Part shown: one piece after another, positions 48,731-57,781 of the stretch | Position numbering within the stretch: position 1 is the first letter of the stretch | Layout: each line of letters opens with the position of its first letter | Assembly (NCBI GenBank): GCA_964632315.1 | Contig: CAZWEM010000019.1 | Coordinates: 1,486 to 65,485 of the forward strand | Length of the DNA stretch: 64,000 bases | Source of the DNA: an uncultured archaeon | Lineage (GTDB): Archaea > Asgardarchaeota > Lokiarchaeia > Sigyniarchaeales > SOKP01 | Direction of reading: 5' to 3' | The notes under the pieces: model-generated | Seen by the model: the letters and a program-made list of their open reading frames with translations, nothing else | The model's database searches: none | Told to the model about the DNA's origin: nothing | Position numbers and translations under genes: made by a program

Positions 48731-50407
48731 TCAAAAGCGCCTCACCTTTACTTTTGGCATTTTTTTGCCGAATAAAGTTGCTTTTCCAATCTCTTCGGCT
48801 TTTAATCCATAATATATCCTCTTTGCCGGGCCATTCCATTCTGCTATTTCAGTTATTGCTGTATCGCAACCTAATTCTTTTAGAGTAGCAAGTCGAGCAT
48901 TTGCTAATGCTGAACCGATACCTTTATTTCTAAAAGCAGGATGTACGTATAGCCCATAAAGCCACCCAGAGATTTTTCCAGGAGTTGTAAATCCCACTCC
49001 TAATAGGATCTTATTTGAATAAATTTCAGGCTTCGGATAATTACGTTGAAAAATGTCTTTCATTGTGTCTTTTATCCATTCATCATTTGGGGATGCAACT
49101 GCAATAAGAACAATATCTGTTTTTAGTGCATCCTTAACCCACTTTGCATACTTTTTCTTTGGTTTTCCAACATCTTCATTCGCAATCAATTTCATAATAG
49201 CATCTAAGTCATCTTTTGTTGCCGGTTGGATTAATCTAGCATCATAGCTAAAATCAATTCCTCCCAAATTTTCTATTTTATAAACGTTGTACTTCTCTAT
49301 AGTCTTAAAGCCGATTACTCTGCTAACTTCGGCAAATCCATATTTTACCTTGGAATAATCAATGATATTTGCAGTATGTTTACCAAAAAAAGAGCCTACC
49401 TTTCCATTTGGTTCAATAAATCCAATTCCCTTCAACTTTTCCTGATTGTGAACAGATATTATTGTCTTGTTTTGTGACTCTGCTCGTGCTATATAAGAGG
49501 GAATTAAATCTGCATACAATGAAGATATCGAGAATGTTAAATTCTTGGGCAATTTTCGCTCAATCACAATACTTTTCTCTCGTTCCTCCCGGGTAAGAAT
49601 ACGTGGCTTCCATCTATAATGTTCATAGACAACAAAGAAAATGATGGCAAAAAATAACAATGGAAACCAATAAACTAAACCATAGAGCCATCCATTAAAT
49701 GCCCTAAAATAACTTGCTGATGTAATGAAGACATATGAATCAAAATTAAACGTTGACCAATAACCTTCGCTTGTTCCTTCATCTTGTTCATGCATAATTT
49801 CACCCATAAAATAACCTTCAGGTGTAAAATAATCATCTACCGTGTAAACAGCATCAAATTGACCATATGCATCATCTCGATAATATTCACCAGAAGCAGT
49901 CAATTTCTTTCCACTAAATGGCATCAAGTGACCTTCCCAGATTACTCCTTCTCCAACAGGTACGTATGTTTCTTTAAGAATTGAGAACGTATCTCCATGG
50001 ATTCCTCCTGGAATGTGAAACCATACGTTCATTCCCGATGTATTATAATCCATATCGGTTCCAGAGATATATTGTCCGTTTGTTAAGGAATAGGTGAAGT
50101 GGTAACTCTCAGTACCTCCATCACTATCATCCAAGTATCCTTCATACCATGCTTGCCAATTCCACGTCACTCGAGCAGTCACAGTTGCCTCGTTTCCATT
50201 AAAGTCAACTATATAATGCCCATCCGCGTGATAATTTTCGGTATATCCAACGTACCATCCTCCAGTACCAGTGACCGTCCAATCGTTAACATAATTAAAT
50301 TCGATGTCATGATTAGAAAATGTAAAACCCAAATAAGGTATTCCAAATAATTGAATAATGATTAAGGTAATAGCCATTAATAATAACAATATTGATCTTT
50401 TTCGCAT
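48731..50407 (-). CDS. membrane-anchored protein: extracytoplasmic aromatic-rich domain, TM, cytoplasmic GNAT acetyltransferase domain
   Basis: N-terminal signal/anchor ILLLLMAITLIIIQLF, second TM WLYGLVYWFPLLFFAIIFFVVY, GNAT motif A LYVHPAFRNKGIGSALA near the C-terminus. Confidence 0.75.
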   Translation of the reverse strand: MRKRSILLLLMAITLIIIQLFGIPYLGFTFSNHDIEFNYVNDWTVTGTGGWYVGYTENYHADGHYIVDFNGNEATVTARVTWNWQAWYEGYLDDSDGGTESYHFTYSLTNGQYISGTDMDYNTSGMNVWFHIPGGIHGDTFSILKETYVPVGEGVIWEGHLMPFSGKKLTASGEYYRDDAYGQFDAVYTVDDYFTPEGYFMGEIMHEQDEGTSEGYWSTFNFDSYVFITSASYFRAFNGWLYGLVYWFPLLFFAIIFFVVYEHYRWKPRILTREEREKSIVIERKLPKNLTFSISSLYADLIPSYIARAESQNKTIISVHNQEKLKGIGFIEPNGKVGSFFGKHTANIIDYSKVKYGFAEVSRVIGFKTIEKYNVYKIENLGGIDFSYDARLIQPATKDDLDAIMKLIANEDVGKPKKKYAKWVKDALKTDIVLIAVASPNDEWIKDTMKDIFQRNYPKPEIYSNKILLGVGFTTPGKISGWLYGLYVHPAFRNKGIGSALANARLATLKELGCDTAITEIAEWNGPAKRIYYGLKAEEIGKATLFGKKMPKVKVRRF

Positions 50408-50806
50408 AGAATTAATTCAACTCGGACAAGAATGATTATATAAACTTGAATTTCAATTTTTAAAATCTTATGGTATATCTAAAAACATTCAAATTTAAAT
50501 TTAATTACCAATCAAATAGCTAGCAAAGAATAAATTTGGAATTTATAATTAATAATTAATTTTTGAATTGCTTTTTGAATTTATTATGAAAACTATTAAA
50601 TTTCTTGTTTTTATCTTTTGAGTGATTGATATGGGATCTAGTCTAAAGGTGATAAACATTGAATGATGATAAGGAGTGTAAAGAAAAGATAAGAGAAACA
50701 CATGTAGTAAGTCAACATACAAAAAATCTGTTAAAATCAGAAGAAATTGAAGAGGAAGTGCTTATTGATGAAATTTGCGAAAATTTAGAAGAGGATGAAT
50801 CCTAAG

Positions 50807-51298
50807 TTAATTATATTCAAGTTCAATATGACAAATTTCAGCAACTTCTAATTTATTTTTTATTATTTCGGGATATGAATTCCTGACATGTGTTAAAGCA
50901 CCAATTATAATTCCTCCAATAGGACATGCGGTAAATCCTTCTAAATCATATTCACCGATTCTCTTGGGGCAAATTAAACATTTTTGAACGACTAATTTGA
51001 TTTTTTCATTTACAATCCTTATATCTAATTCCACTGCTAGATTCATGACTTCCGTTAATTTTCCAATGAGTTTCTTGTCGTCATCATCTTTAGTCACAAT
51101 GTTTTGAGATATAAGTTCTTTTACGATTTCTTTACCGATACCAATACTAATAAAATCCATTGCGTCTTGAGGAGTAAACCCGAAATTTTTTCTTAAAATA
51201 AGGTTTCTACTTTTAATTAGACCATACGCAAATCCGATTATTATCCTATTTAAAAAATTCGGTTTTAAATTCTCTGTTTTTTTAAAAAAAAATTTCAT
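50807..51298 (-). CDS. V4R domain protein (Bet3/TRAPP-like fold), paralog B
   Basis: 163 aa. VVQKCLICPKRIGEYDLEGFTACPIGGIIIGAL...EICHIELE matches the V4R Cys/Gly pattern. Start shares one nt with the upstream stop. Confidence 0.65.
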   Translation of the reverse strand: MKFFFKKTENLKPNFLNRIIIGFAYGLIKSRNLILRKNFGFTPQDAMDFISIGIGKEIVKELISQNIVTKDDDDKKLIGKLTEVMNLAVELDIRIVNEKIKLVVQKCLICPKRIGEYDLEGFTACPIGGIIIGALTHVRNSYPEIIKNKLEVAEICHIELEYN

Positions 51299-52599
51299 TA
51301 TCGATCCACTCCGGTCAATTTATAAGAAAAAGAATCGGAGTTATTTTTTGCATCAACATTAAGATAGAGTTTCTCGACTTGCCCAGCTTTAACAAATCTA
51401 TCTACAATTTTTAAAATGAACTCTTTATCTATTGTTCTGTTTAATGCTTTTTCCAATGGTGCCATTTTCAACATTAAACTTGAAAGACTTATTTCTTTAT
51501 TTTTAGCGATATTAAATAGAATATTCTTTTCAATTACGTTCGGAACGTCGCAATCTTCAATTCTATCGCAAGATATTTTGCTAATCAAGATTAACCGTTC
51601 TTCACTAGATAATTTCCTAAGTTCTTCTTCTGAAATTGGTGTAGCTTTTATCTTTTCATCTGGTTTCTGAGTGGAATTGACTGTTAGAAAATTAAATAGT
51701 TTAACTATTCCATCTCCAGTGATACAAGAAGTTTCAAAAAATAAAAAGTCTCGATCCTTCGATAATTTCAAAGCTTCTTCTCTAATATTATTTTGATTAT
51801 CTAAAAGATCGATTTTATTCCCAACCAAAATGTAAGGAATCTCATTGCTATTTAAGAACATGCTTGATTCATTTATCCATTCTTCCACTTCTGTAAATGA
51901 TTCTATGCGTGAATAATCGAATACAATGATTAAAATGTCAGTATACTTGTAAAAATGACGTCGTACCTTAGCGAAACTTTTAATGCCCCCTAAATCAAAA
52001 AAATTTAATGTTACTGACTCTCCATCTGGATATTGAATTACTTTTTCGATTATTGAAATACCAATTGTAGGAATATATTTTTTTTCATACAGATCGTATT
52101 CAAATTTTTTAATTAGAGAAGTTTTTCCAACCTTTTCAGAACCAATAAAAGTGATTGTTTTATTATTTTGTTTTAACTTGAGTTCTCCCGTTTCATCTAG
52201 CAGGGGCACTTCAATTGAAGTTTCTTCATTATTTAATAACATAGAAACCTTTTGTGCGATGATATGAGAAAATGGGATATAATCTTCCAATTTAGAATAG
52301 GGTTTTCCAATTAATAGTAATAACGCGTCAGTTGTACTTCCAAGCTCAATATAAAAAAAGCGAAATTCATCAGTGTCAAATGAACCGCTCCCTATTTTTG
52401 TATCTGTATATTTTTTAATTCTATTTAATGTTTGATCAAGATTTGCTGTAATCACTCCAATGAGGTCATTGTCAAATTCTTTAGTTGAATTTTTAGCAAA
52501 TATGAATCCATCCAAGTCAATCACTATTGTAGCAAGTAGATCTGGAATCGCATCTAAAAAGTTCGCCAGTAACTCTTCCAGTCTTTCTGATTTTGTCAT
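51298..52599 (-). CDS. Roadblock/LC7 - Ras-like small GTPase - winged-helix fusion protein
   Basis: Residues about 1-125 are Roadblock-like (IPDLLATIVIDLDGFIFAKNS...ALLLLIG). GTPase G1 GSEKVGKT, G2 PTIG, G3 FDLGGIKSF, G4 GNKID, G5 ETSC. The C-terminal about 90 aa is homologous to the C-terminus of ORF 53142-53702. Confidence 0.8.
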   Translation of the reverse strand: MTKSERLEELLANFLDAIPDLLATIVIDLDGFIFAKNSTKEFDNDLIGVITANLDQTLNRIKKYTDTKIGSGSFDTDEFRFFYIELGSTTDALLLLIGKPYSKLEDYIPFSHIIAQKVSMLLNNEETSIEVPLLDETGELKLKQNNKTITFIGSEKVGKTSLIKKFEYDLYEKKYIPTIGISIIEKVIQYPDGESVTLNFFDLGGIKSFAKVRRHFYKYTDILIIVFDYSRIESFTEVEEWINESSMFLNSNEIPYILVGNKIDLLDNQNNIREEALKLSKDRDFLFFETSCITGDGIVKLFNFLTVNSTQKPDEKIKATPISEEELRKLSSEERLILISKISCDRIEDCDVPNVIEKNILFNIAKNKEISLSSLMLKMAPLEKALNRTIDKEFILKIVDRFVKAGQVEKLYLNVDAKNNSDSFSYKLTGVDR

Positions 52600-52643
52600 A
52601 TTACAAAAAATAGGTTTTCAATTATTAGAATTTATTCAATTTC

Positions 52644-53141
52644 TTAGCTACTCAGTTCCATCTCGACATGACAGATTTCTCCTGCTTGAAGCCTATTTTT
52701 CGTAACATGAGGATCTATTCCTCTCGCGTAAGATATCGCTCCAGTTAAGATCCCTCCGACTGGACATGCAGTATTTCCTTCCAAATCGTAGCCTCCGACT
52801 CTTTTCGGGCATATCATGCATTTTTGGACGACAACTTTAACTTTATCATCTTCTACTTCAACATCTAATTCATCTGCTAAATTTATTACGTTCATAAGTG
52901 CGTTGATAAGTTCTTCATCGGTATCACTTACCTTTACAATTTGTTTTTCTAAAATTGTTTTCATTAATTCTCTTCCAATCCAAATGCTCAAAGAATCCAT
53001 TGCATCTTGAGTAGATATCCCTAATTCCTGATTCAAGATGAAATCCTTCGTCCTTATTAAGCCATAACCTAACCCTATTATCGTTCTATTCAAAAAATTA
53101 CTGTCAGCATAATTTTTTCTTTTAAATAACTTAATCTTCAT
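52644..53141 (-). CDS. V4R domain protein (Bet3/TRAPP-like fold), paralog A
   Basis: 165 aa. VVQKCMICPKRVGGYDLEGNTACPVGGILTGAI...EICHVEME. Abuts the upstream stop (TAAATG). Confidence 0.65.
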   Translation of the reverse strand: MKIKLFKRKNYADSNFLNRTIIGLGYGLIRTKDFILNQELGISTQDAMDSLSIWIGRELMKTILEKQIVKVSDTDEELINALMNVINLADELDVEVEDDKVKVVVQKCMICPKRVGGYDLEGNTACPVGGILTGAISYARGIDPHVTKNRLQAGEICHVEMELSS

Positions 53142-53702
53142 TTATATATTACCCCTTTGTAGAATATTCGTCTTAAATTGAGAGGAATTTTCCTCCTCTT
53201 CTATTTTTACTTCATACTTCTTAATAATTTCTTTTTCGGTATACTTTTCAAGAATGTGTAATAATACTTCTCGAGAAATATTTTTATTTAGTGCTTTCTC
53301 TAAAACAGCACATTCTTGAGTCAATCTACCTAAACTCACTTCCTTATTTTTCGAAATCACTCTTAAAATATGTTTTTCTGTGAGATCAGGTATTTTATCA
53401 ATTAAAAAACCACTTTCTGAATTGAATTCATACATTATTAAGTCATCATAGGTTAATCTAGAATGAGACTGGGAATGCATAAAGTGAGAATGATCTGCTT
53501 CTTTTTTTGCTTGAAATAACAATCGTGTATCTATGCAATCAAAGTTCGCATCGATAAATATGATGAACTTACTTCCACAATGATCGATCTTGAAAGGAAC
53601 AGGTAACTTTAAGGCATTTAAAATGATCCTTCTATCTATAGTACAAGTAATTGGTTTATTACAAATTGGACAACTGCTTATAATATCTATTTCCTCAGCC
53701 AA
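53142..53702 (-). CDS. CxxC N-terminal domain plus winged-helix-like C-terminal domain protein
   Basis: 186 aa, TTG start. CPICNK...HCG. C-terminal EKHILRVISKNKEVSLGRLTQECAVLEKALNKNISREV aligns with EKNILFNIAKNKEISLSSLMLKMAPLEKALNRTIDKEF of the GTPase fusion. Confidence 0.55.
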   Translation of the reverse strand: MAEEIDIISSCPICNKPITCTIDRRIILNALKLPVPFKIDHCGSKFIIFIDANFDCIDTRLLFQAKKEADHSHFMHSQSHSRLTYDDLIMYEFNSESGFLIDKIPDLTEKHILRVISKNKEVSLGRLTQECAVLEKALNKNISREVLLHILEKYTEKEIIKKYEVKIEEEENSSQFKTNILQRGNI

Positions 53703-53988
53703 ATTTAACCCTTGATGCTTTTATTAAGTAAAGTTATTGCAATTTCTATTTAGAAATTTAAAAAAATAATGTTAGATCTAATATTTAAATAAACCGATTC
53801 AAAAATTCAACTCAAGGCTATTATGAAAAAGTTTTGATTTTGACACCCTATAAATTCTATGTAAAAATTTAGTCCTTATTAATTTGAATAGAAGAAAAGT
53901 ATCTAATTTTTTGAGCTTAAATAGTCTATTTTTGATACATTCGTTTTTGAATGTAATAAAGCTCTAATTGAGTTTAAAGAAATATTCG

Positions 53989-54531
53989 TCACTTTATTTT
54001 ATGATGTTGTTTATATCGATCAATAGATTCTAATATTATTTGCACCGCCTTTTTCTTCCCTTTCCAATCAATAACTTCAGCCCACTTTTCTGGAGCATTT
54101 AATTTTTTATATTCTTCAAAGAAATGGGTGATACCACGATGCCAAAATTCTCCTATATCGTTTAAAGAATGAATTTGCTCAAGACGGGGTTCTCTCACGG
54201 CTATTGCTAATACTTTATCATCAATTCCTTTTTCATCACGCATTCGAGCTATAGCTATGGGGCGAACCTCAAGTACGCAACCAGGGAAAGTACTTTCATA
54301 TAAAAATACTAATACATCTAATGCATCTCCATCTTCACTAATAGTTTGGGGAAAAAACCCATAATCAAGTGGATAACCGAAAGGTGATGGAAGCACGCGA
54401 TCTAAAAAAAAATATCCTTCTTCTTCTTTATATTCGTACTTGTTACGTGATTTCATGGGGATTTCAATAACTGCATACATAATATTCGGAGGATCTGGTC
54501 CGGGAGGTATATCTTTTACAAGGTTTGTCAT
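53989..54531 (-). CDS. ppa: inorganic pyrophosphatase, family I
   Basis: YAVIEIPMKSRNKYEY, DGDALDVLV; 180 aa. Confidence 0.95.
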   Translation of the reverse strand: MTNLVKDIPPGPDPPNIMYAVIEIPMKSRNKYEYKEEEGYFFLDRVLPSPFGYPLDYGFFPQTISEDGDALDVLVFLYESTFPGCVLEVRPIAIARMRDEKGIDDKVLAIAVREPRLEQIHSLNDIGEFWHRGITHFFEEYKKLNAPEKWAEVIDWKGKKKAVQIILESIDRYKQHHKIK

Positions 54532-54669
54532 TTAACTGCCCAATATATATTTTTATTTAAGATGTTTTGAGATGTAGTGTTAGTAAATATACAATTTTTA
54601 TCAATTTATAAAGATAGGGATTATAAATCTTTACACAGCCATACTTATGTTGAATTCGACTGAACTCAG

Positions 54670-55902
54670 TTAGTATTTAAATCCCTTTAATAATTGAACA
54701 GTCGTATAGGAATCTTTACCACTCTTCCTGAGGAAATCCATCGCTTCTTCAATTCCTTCTATAGTTAGATGAAACATAGGAATGATGCTTGAGATGATTT
54801 TTCTGGTCCAAGGGACCCATTCCAATCTGATGATTTCAGGATTTAACCAAACCACGTTATTTTTAAAATGATTTGCGATTTCTTTAACATAATATATCCC
54901 GGGCATTTCATTCCTATGATAATAATAAATGGAACCATACCGTTCTGTTAACTCCCAAGATGCCATTGCCGCATCCCCAACAATTACGACTTTATATGAA
55001 CTGTCATATTTTTTAAGAAATTCATTAAAATCAGTTGATTCTTCGGGATTTCTTTGAGCATTATGGTAGAGTGATTCATAAACGCAATTGTGAAAGTAAT
55101 AATACTTGAAATCTTTCCAATGTGACATGTTATTCGCCGCGGAGAAGAGCAAGTTTACTAAGTGACTATAAGGCGTCATGCTTCCGCCCACATCCATCAA
55201 TAATACTAATTTGACGTTGTTTTTTCTCTTTTTTTCGAAAATCAACTCTATATCTCCACCGTTCTTAGCTGTTTCATCGATAGTCTTATCAATGTTAAGC
55301 TCATCACGCTTGCCAATTTCTTCAAGTTTTCTAAGGCGTTTTAAAGCAACTTTTATCTGACGAGTATCCAAAACGACGTCTTTCCTGTAGTCTTGAAAGA
55401 TACGTTTTTGAGCGATTTGAATTGCCATTCGCATTCCTGCTGAACCACCAATCTTCATACCCATCGGATTTTGACCGGAGTGACCAAATCGAGAGTCCCC
55501 TTCAGTACCTATCCAATGATGCCCTCCATCATGATCCTCGTCTTGTTTTTTTAATAATTCTTCAAACTGTTTTTGAAGTTCTTCTAGGTCAAAAATTTCA
55601 CTAATAAATTGTTGAAAGTTATCGGGTAATTCTTTGGGGTCGATTTCTTTATCCAACCAATCCCAAATCTGTTGCTTAATCTCATCTGGAAATTTTAAGG
55701 AAGCATTCTTGAAAAAATTAGCAAAAGCAATGTCATAGATATCGAATTGATGCTCACTTTTGCACAAAATGGATCGAGATATGTAATAAAATTCTACCAT
55801 GTTCCTTATCAGACCTTTATCCAATGCTTCAATTAAGGTCATGTATTCTGTAATCGAAACAGGAAGTCGATCTTTCAAATAATAGAAGTATTCTACAAAC
55901 AT
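54670..55902 (-). CDS. vWA domain protein, CoxE-like (partner of MoxR ATPase)
   Basis: LVLLMDVGGSM MIDAS-like motif. Located directly downstream of the MoxR-type AAA gene. Confidence 0.75.
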   Translation of the reverse strand: MFVEYFYYLKDRLPVSITEYMTLIEALDKGLIRNMVEFYYISRSILCKSEHQFDIYDIAFANFFKNASLKFPDEIKQQIWDWLDKEIDPKELPDNFQQFISEIFDLEELQKQFEELLKKQDEDHDGGHHWIGTEGDSRFGHSGQNPMGMKIGGSAGMRMAIQIAQKRIFQDYRKDVVLDTRQIKVALKRLRKLEEIGKRDELNIDKTIDETAKNGGDIELIFEKKRKNNVKLVLLMDVGGSMTPYSHLVNLLFSAANNMSHWKDFKYYYFHNCVYESLYHNAQRNPEESTDFNEFLKKYDSSYKVVIVGDAAMASWELTERYGSIYYYHRNEMPGIYYVKEIANHFKNNVVWLNPEIIRLEWVPWTRKIISSIIPMFHLTIEGIEEAMDFLRKSGKDSYTTVQLLKGFKY

Positions 55903-55927
55903 CTCGCTCGCTGAATGATTTAGTATT

Positions 55928-56782
55928 TTAGGTTGGGAATTTGATCTTTTCTAAGGCAATCTCAACATCTTTTTCTTTCTTTAATAGAGTGCCTAAAAAT
56001 GGTAAAGTCTTTCTCAATTCCTCGAGTGATATGCCACTTTTCAAGAGCACCCCTATCCAATCTAATAGTTCAGAGGTTGAAGGCATTTTTCTCAATTTAG
56101 TAATTGCCCTTAGAGCATAAAAATGCTTTAAGCATTGATCAAGTAAGTTTTGTCTAAGATCTGGGTAATGCAAGTTACAAATCTCTGCCATGAATTCTTT
56201 TGAAGGAAATTCAATCCAGTGAAAAACACAACGGCGTAAAAATGCATCAGGTAGTTCCTTTTCATTGTTTGAGGTAATTATTACTATTGGTCTATGTTTG
56301 GATTTAACAAATTCCTTCGTTTCTTTTATATAAAACTCCATAACATCAAGTTCTTGGAGTAAATCATTGGGAAATTCGATGTCGGCTTTATCTATTTCAT
56401 CAATCAATAAAACCACTTGCTCATCGGATGCAAATGCTTCTCCTAACGGTCCGAGAGTGATGTAATCCTTAATGTTATTCACATCTCTGTCTTCGCAACC
56501 AAAGCGACTGTCATTTAGTCTTTGAACAGTATCATACATGTAACATCCATCAATTGCTTCTGTTGTACTTTTAATATTCCAGATAATAAGTTTTTTTCCC
56601 AAAGATTCGGCGATTGCATGAGCTAAGAGAGTTTTTCCTGTTCCGGGCTCTCCCTTAACTAATAGAGGTCGTTGTAGAGCAATTGAGACATTTACAATAT
56701 TTCGGAGCTGAGGATCTGCTATATATCGCACTCGTTCAGTATTGATTGATCCCTTGAATTGATCAAAGTTCGAAATACTCAT
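55928..56782 (-). CDS. MoxR/CoxD-like AAA+ ATPase
   Basis: Walker A GEPGTGKT, Walker B VLLIDEIDKA, ITSNNEKELPDAFLRR. Confidence 0.9.
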   Translation of the reverse strand: MSISNFDQFKGSINTERVRYIADPQLRNIVNVSIALQRPLLVKGEPGTGKTLLAHAIAESLGKKLIIWNIKSTTEAIDGCYMYDTVQRLNDSRFGCEDRDVNNIKDYITLGPLGEAFASDEQVVLLIDEIDKADIEFPNDLLQELDVMEFYIKETKEFVKSKHRPIVIITSNNEKELPDAFLRRCVFHWIEFPSKEFMAEICNLHYPDLRQNLLDQCLKHFYALRAITKLRKMPSTSELLDWIGVLLKSGISLEELRKTLPFLGTLLKKEKDVEIALEKIKFPT

Positions 56783-56978
56783 GATTAAATTGAATAATTA
56801 AGGAATTAAATAATTTTTTACTTCTTATTATAACAAACCCCTTAAACGGAATTTAATATGAATCGTAACTTAATAAAATATTAAGGAGATTCTTAAAAAA
56901 TATTACATTTAAGTATAGCTAAATGGTATTATTTTTTATTACACATAAAAAATCGAATTAAAATGAGTTGAAGAAATA

Positions 56979-57353
56979 ATGGCAAATGATGATGAAATGC
57001 TAGAAGAGTTAAAGAAAATTAGAGAATTATTAACACCTAAACCAGTACCGCCTAAAGAAAAACCTAAAAATCTTGCGATGGAGTTCATGGAATTTATAAA
57101 GCATTACAAAATCTTGGGACTTGCTGCCGCTTTTATAATTGGTCTTGCTGTAAATGAATTAATTTTATCCTTAGCTCAAGATATCATAACTCCAATTATC
57201 GGAATATTTATTCCTGGTTTCGAAGGCATACAAGATATTAGGCTTGGAGTATTTGGAATTGGAAGTTTTATTGCAGCTGCTATAAACTTTATTATAATTG
57301 CTTTAGTTATATTCCTCATTATAAAATTAGCTTCAAAGATAGGACTTGAATAA
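56979..57353 (+). CDS. mscL: large-conductance mechanosensitive channel MscL with about 30-aa N-terminal extension
   Basis: FMEFIKHYKILGLAAAFIIGLAVNELILSLAQDIITPIIG, then a second TM INFIIIALVIFLIIK. Confidence 0.8.
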   Translation: MANDDEMLEELKKIRELLTPKPVPPKEKPKNLAMEFMEFIKHYKILGLAAAFIIGLAVNELILSLAQDIITPIIGIFIPGFEGIQDIRLGVFGIGSFIAAAINFIIIALVIFLIIKLASKIGLE

Positions 57354-57384
57354 GCCCTAACATATTTTTTTTATATTTTAAGTA

Positions 57385-57759
57385 TTGAATCCTAACTCTG
57401 GTGATAAATGGGAATTAACTGGTACTGAATCAATCGCTTGGGAGGCTAATGGTACTATAACTGATGTCAAAATCGAACTTTTTGTAGATGGTGTTTATGA
57501 TAGAGTTATTACTGGAAGCACGACAAATGATGGAAGATTTACGTGGATTATTCCAAGAGATTTAGTAAATGCTATATTATGCCAGATAAAAATTTCTGAT
57601 GTTTCATTTCCAGAGATCTATGACTTTAGTGGATATTTTGTCATTGTACCTCCTGGTACACCCGCGATTCCTGGATTTGATGTTTTTATAATGATATCAT
57701 TAATATCAATGATTTCACTTGTTATGATCTCAGTCAAGAAAAAACAGATTTCTAATTAA
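57385..57759 (+). CDS. PGF-CTERM-like tail-anchored fragment (beta-sandwich domain, no signal peptide)
   Basis: TTG start 31 nt after the mscL stop. C-terminus TPAIPGFDVFIMISLISMISLVMISVKKK is PGF + TM + basic. The N-terminus MNPNSGDKWELTG has no hydrophobic leader. Confidence 0.5.
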   Translation: MNPNSGDKWELTGTESIAWEANGTITDVKIELFVDGVYDRVITGSTTNDGRFTWIIPRDLVNAILCQIKISDVSFPEIYDFSGYFVIVPPGTPAIPGFDVFIMISLISMISLVMISVKKKQISN

Positions 57760-57781
57760 ATTAAACTTATTTAACTTTTTT

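Noticed and set aside
48696-48839. Longer start (48839) for the 426-aa ORF
   Set aside because: It would overlap the upstream GNAT gene by 109 nt. The internal ATG at 48695 is more plausible, though the longer form is not excluded.
50659-50805. 48-aa acidic plus-strand ORF with TTG start in the 400-bp spacer downstream of the V4R/GTPase block and upstream of the GNAT operon
   Set aside because: It has only a TTG start, biased Glu/Lys composition and no support. It is kept as a possibility only.
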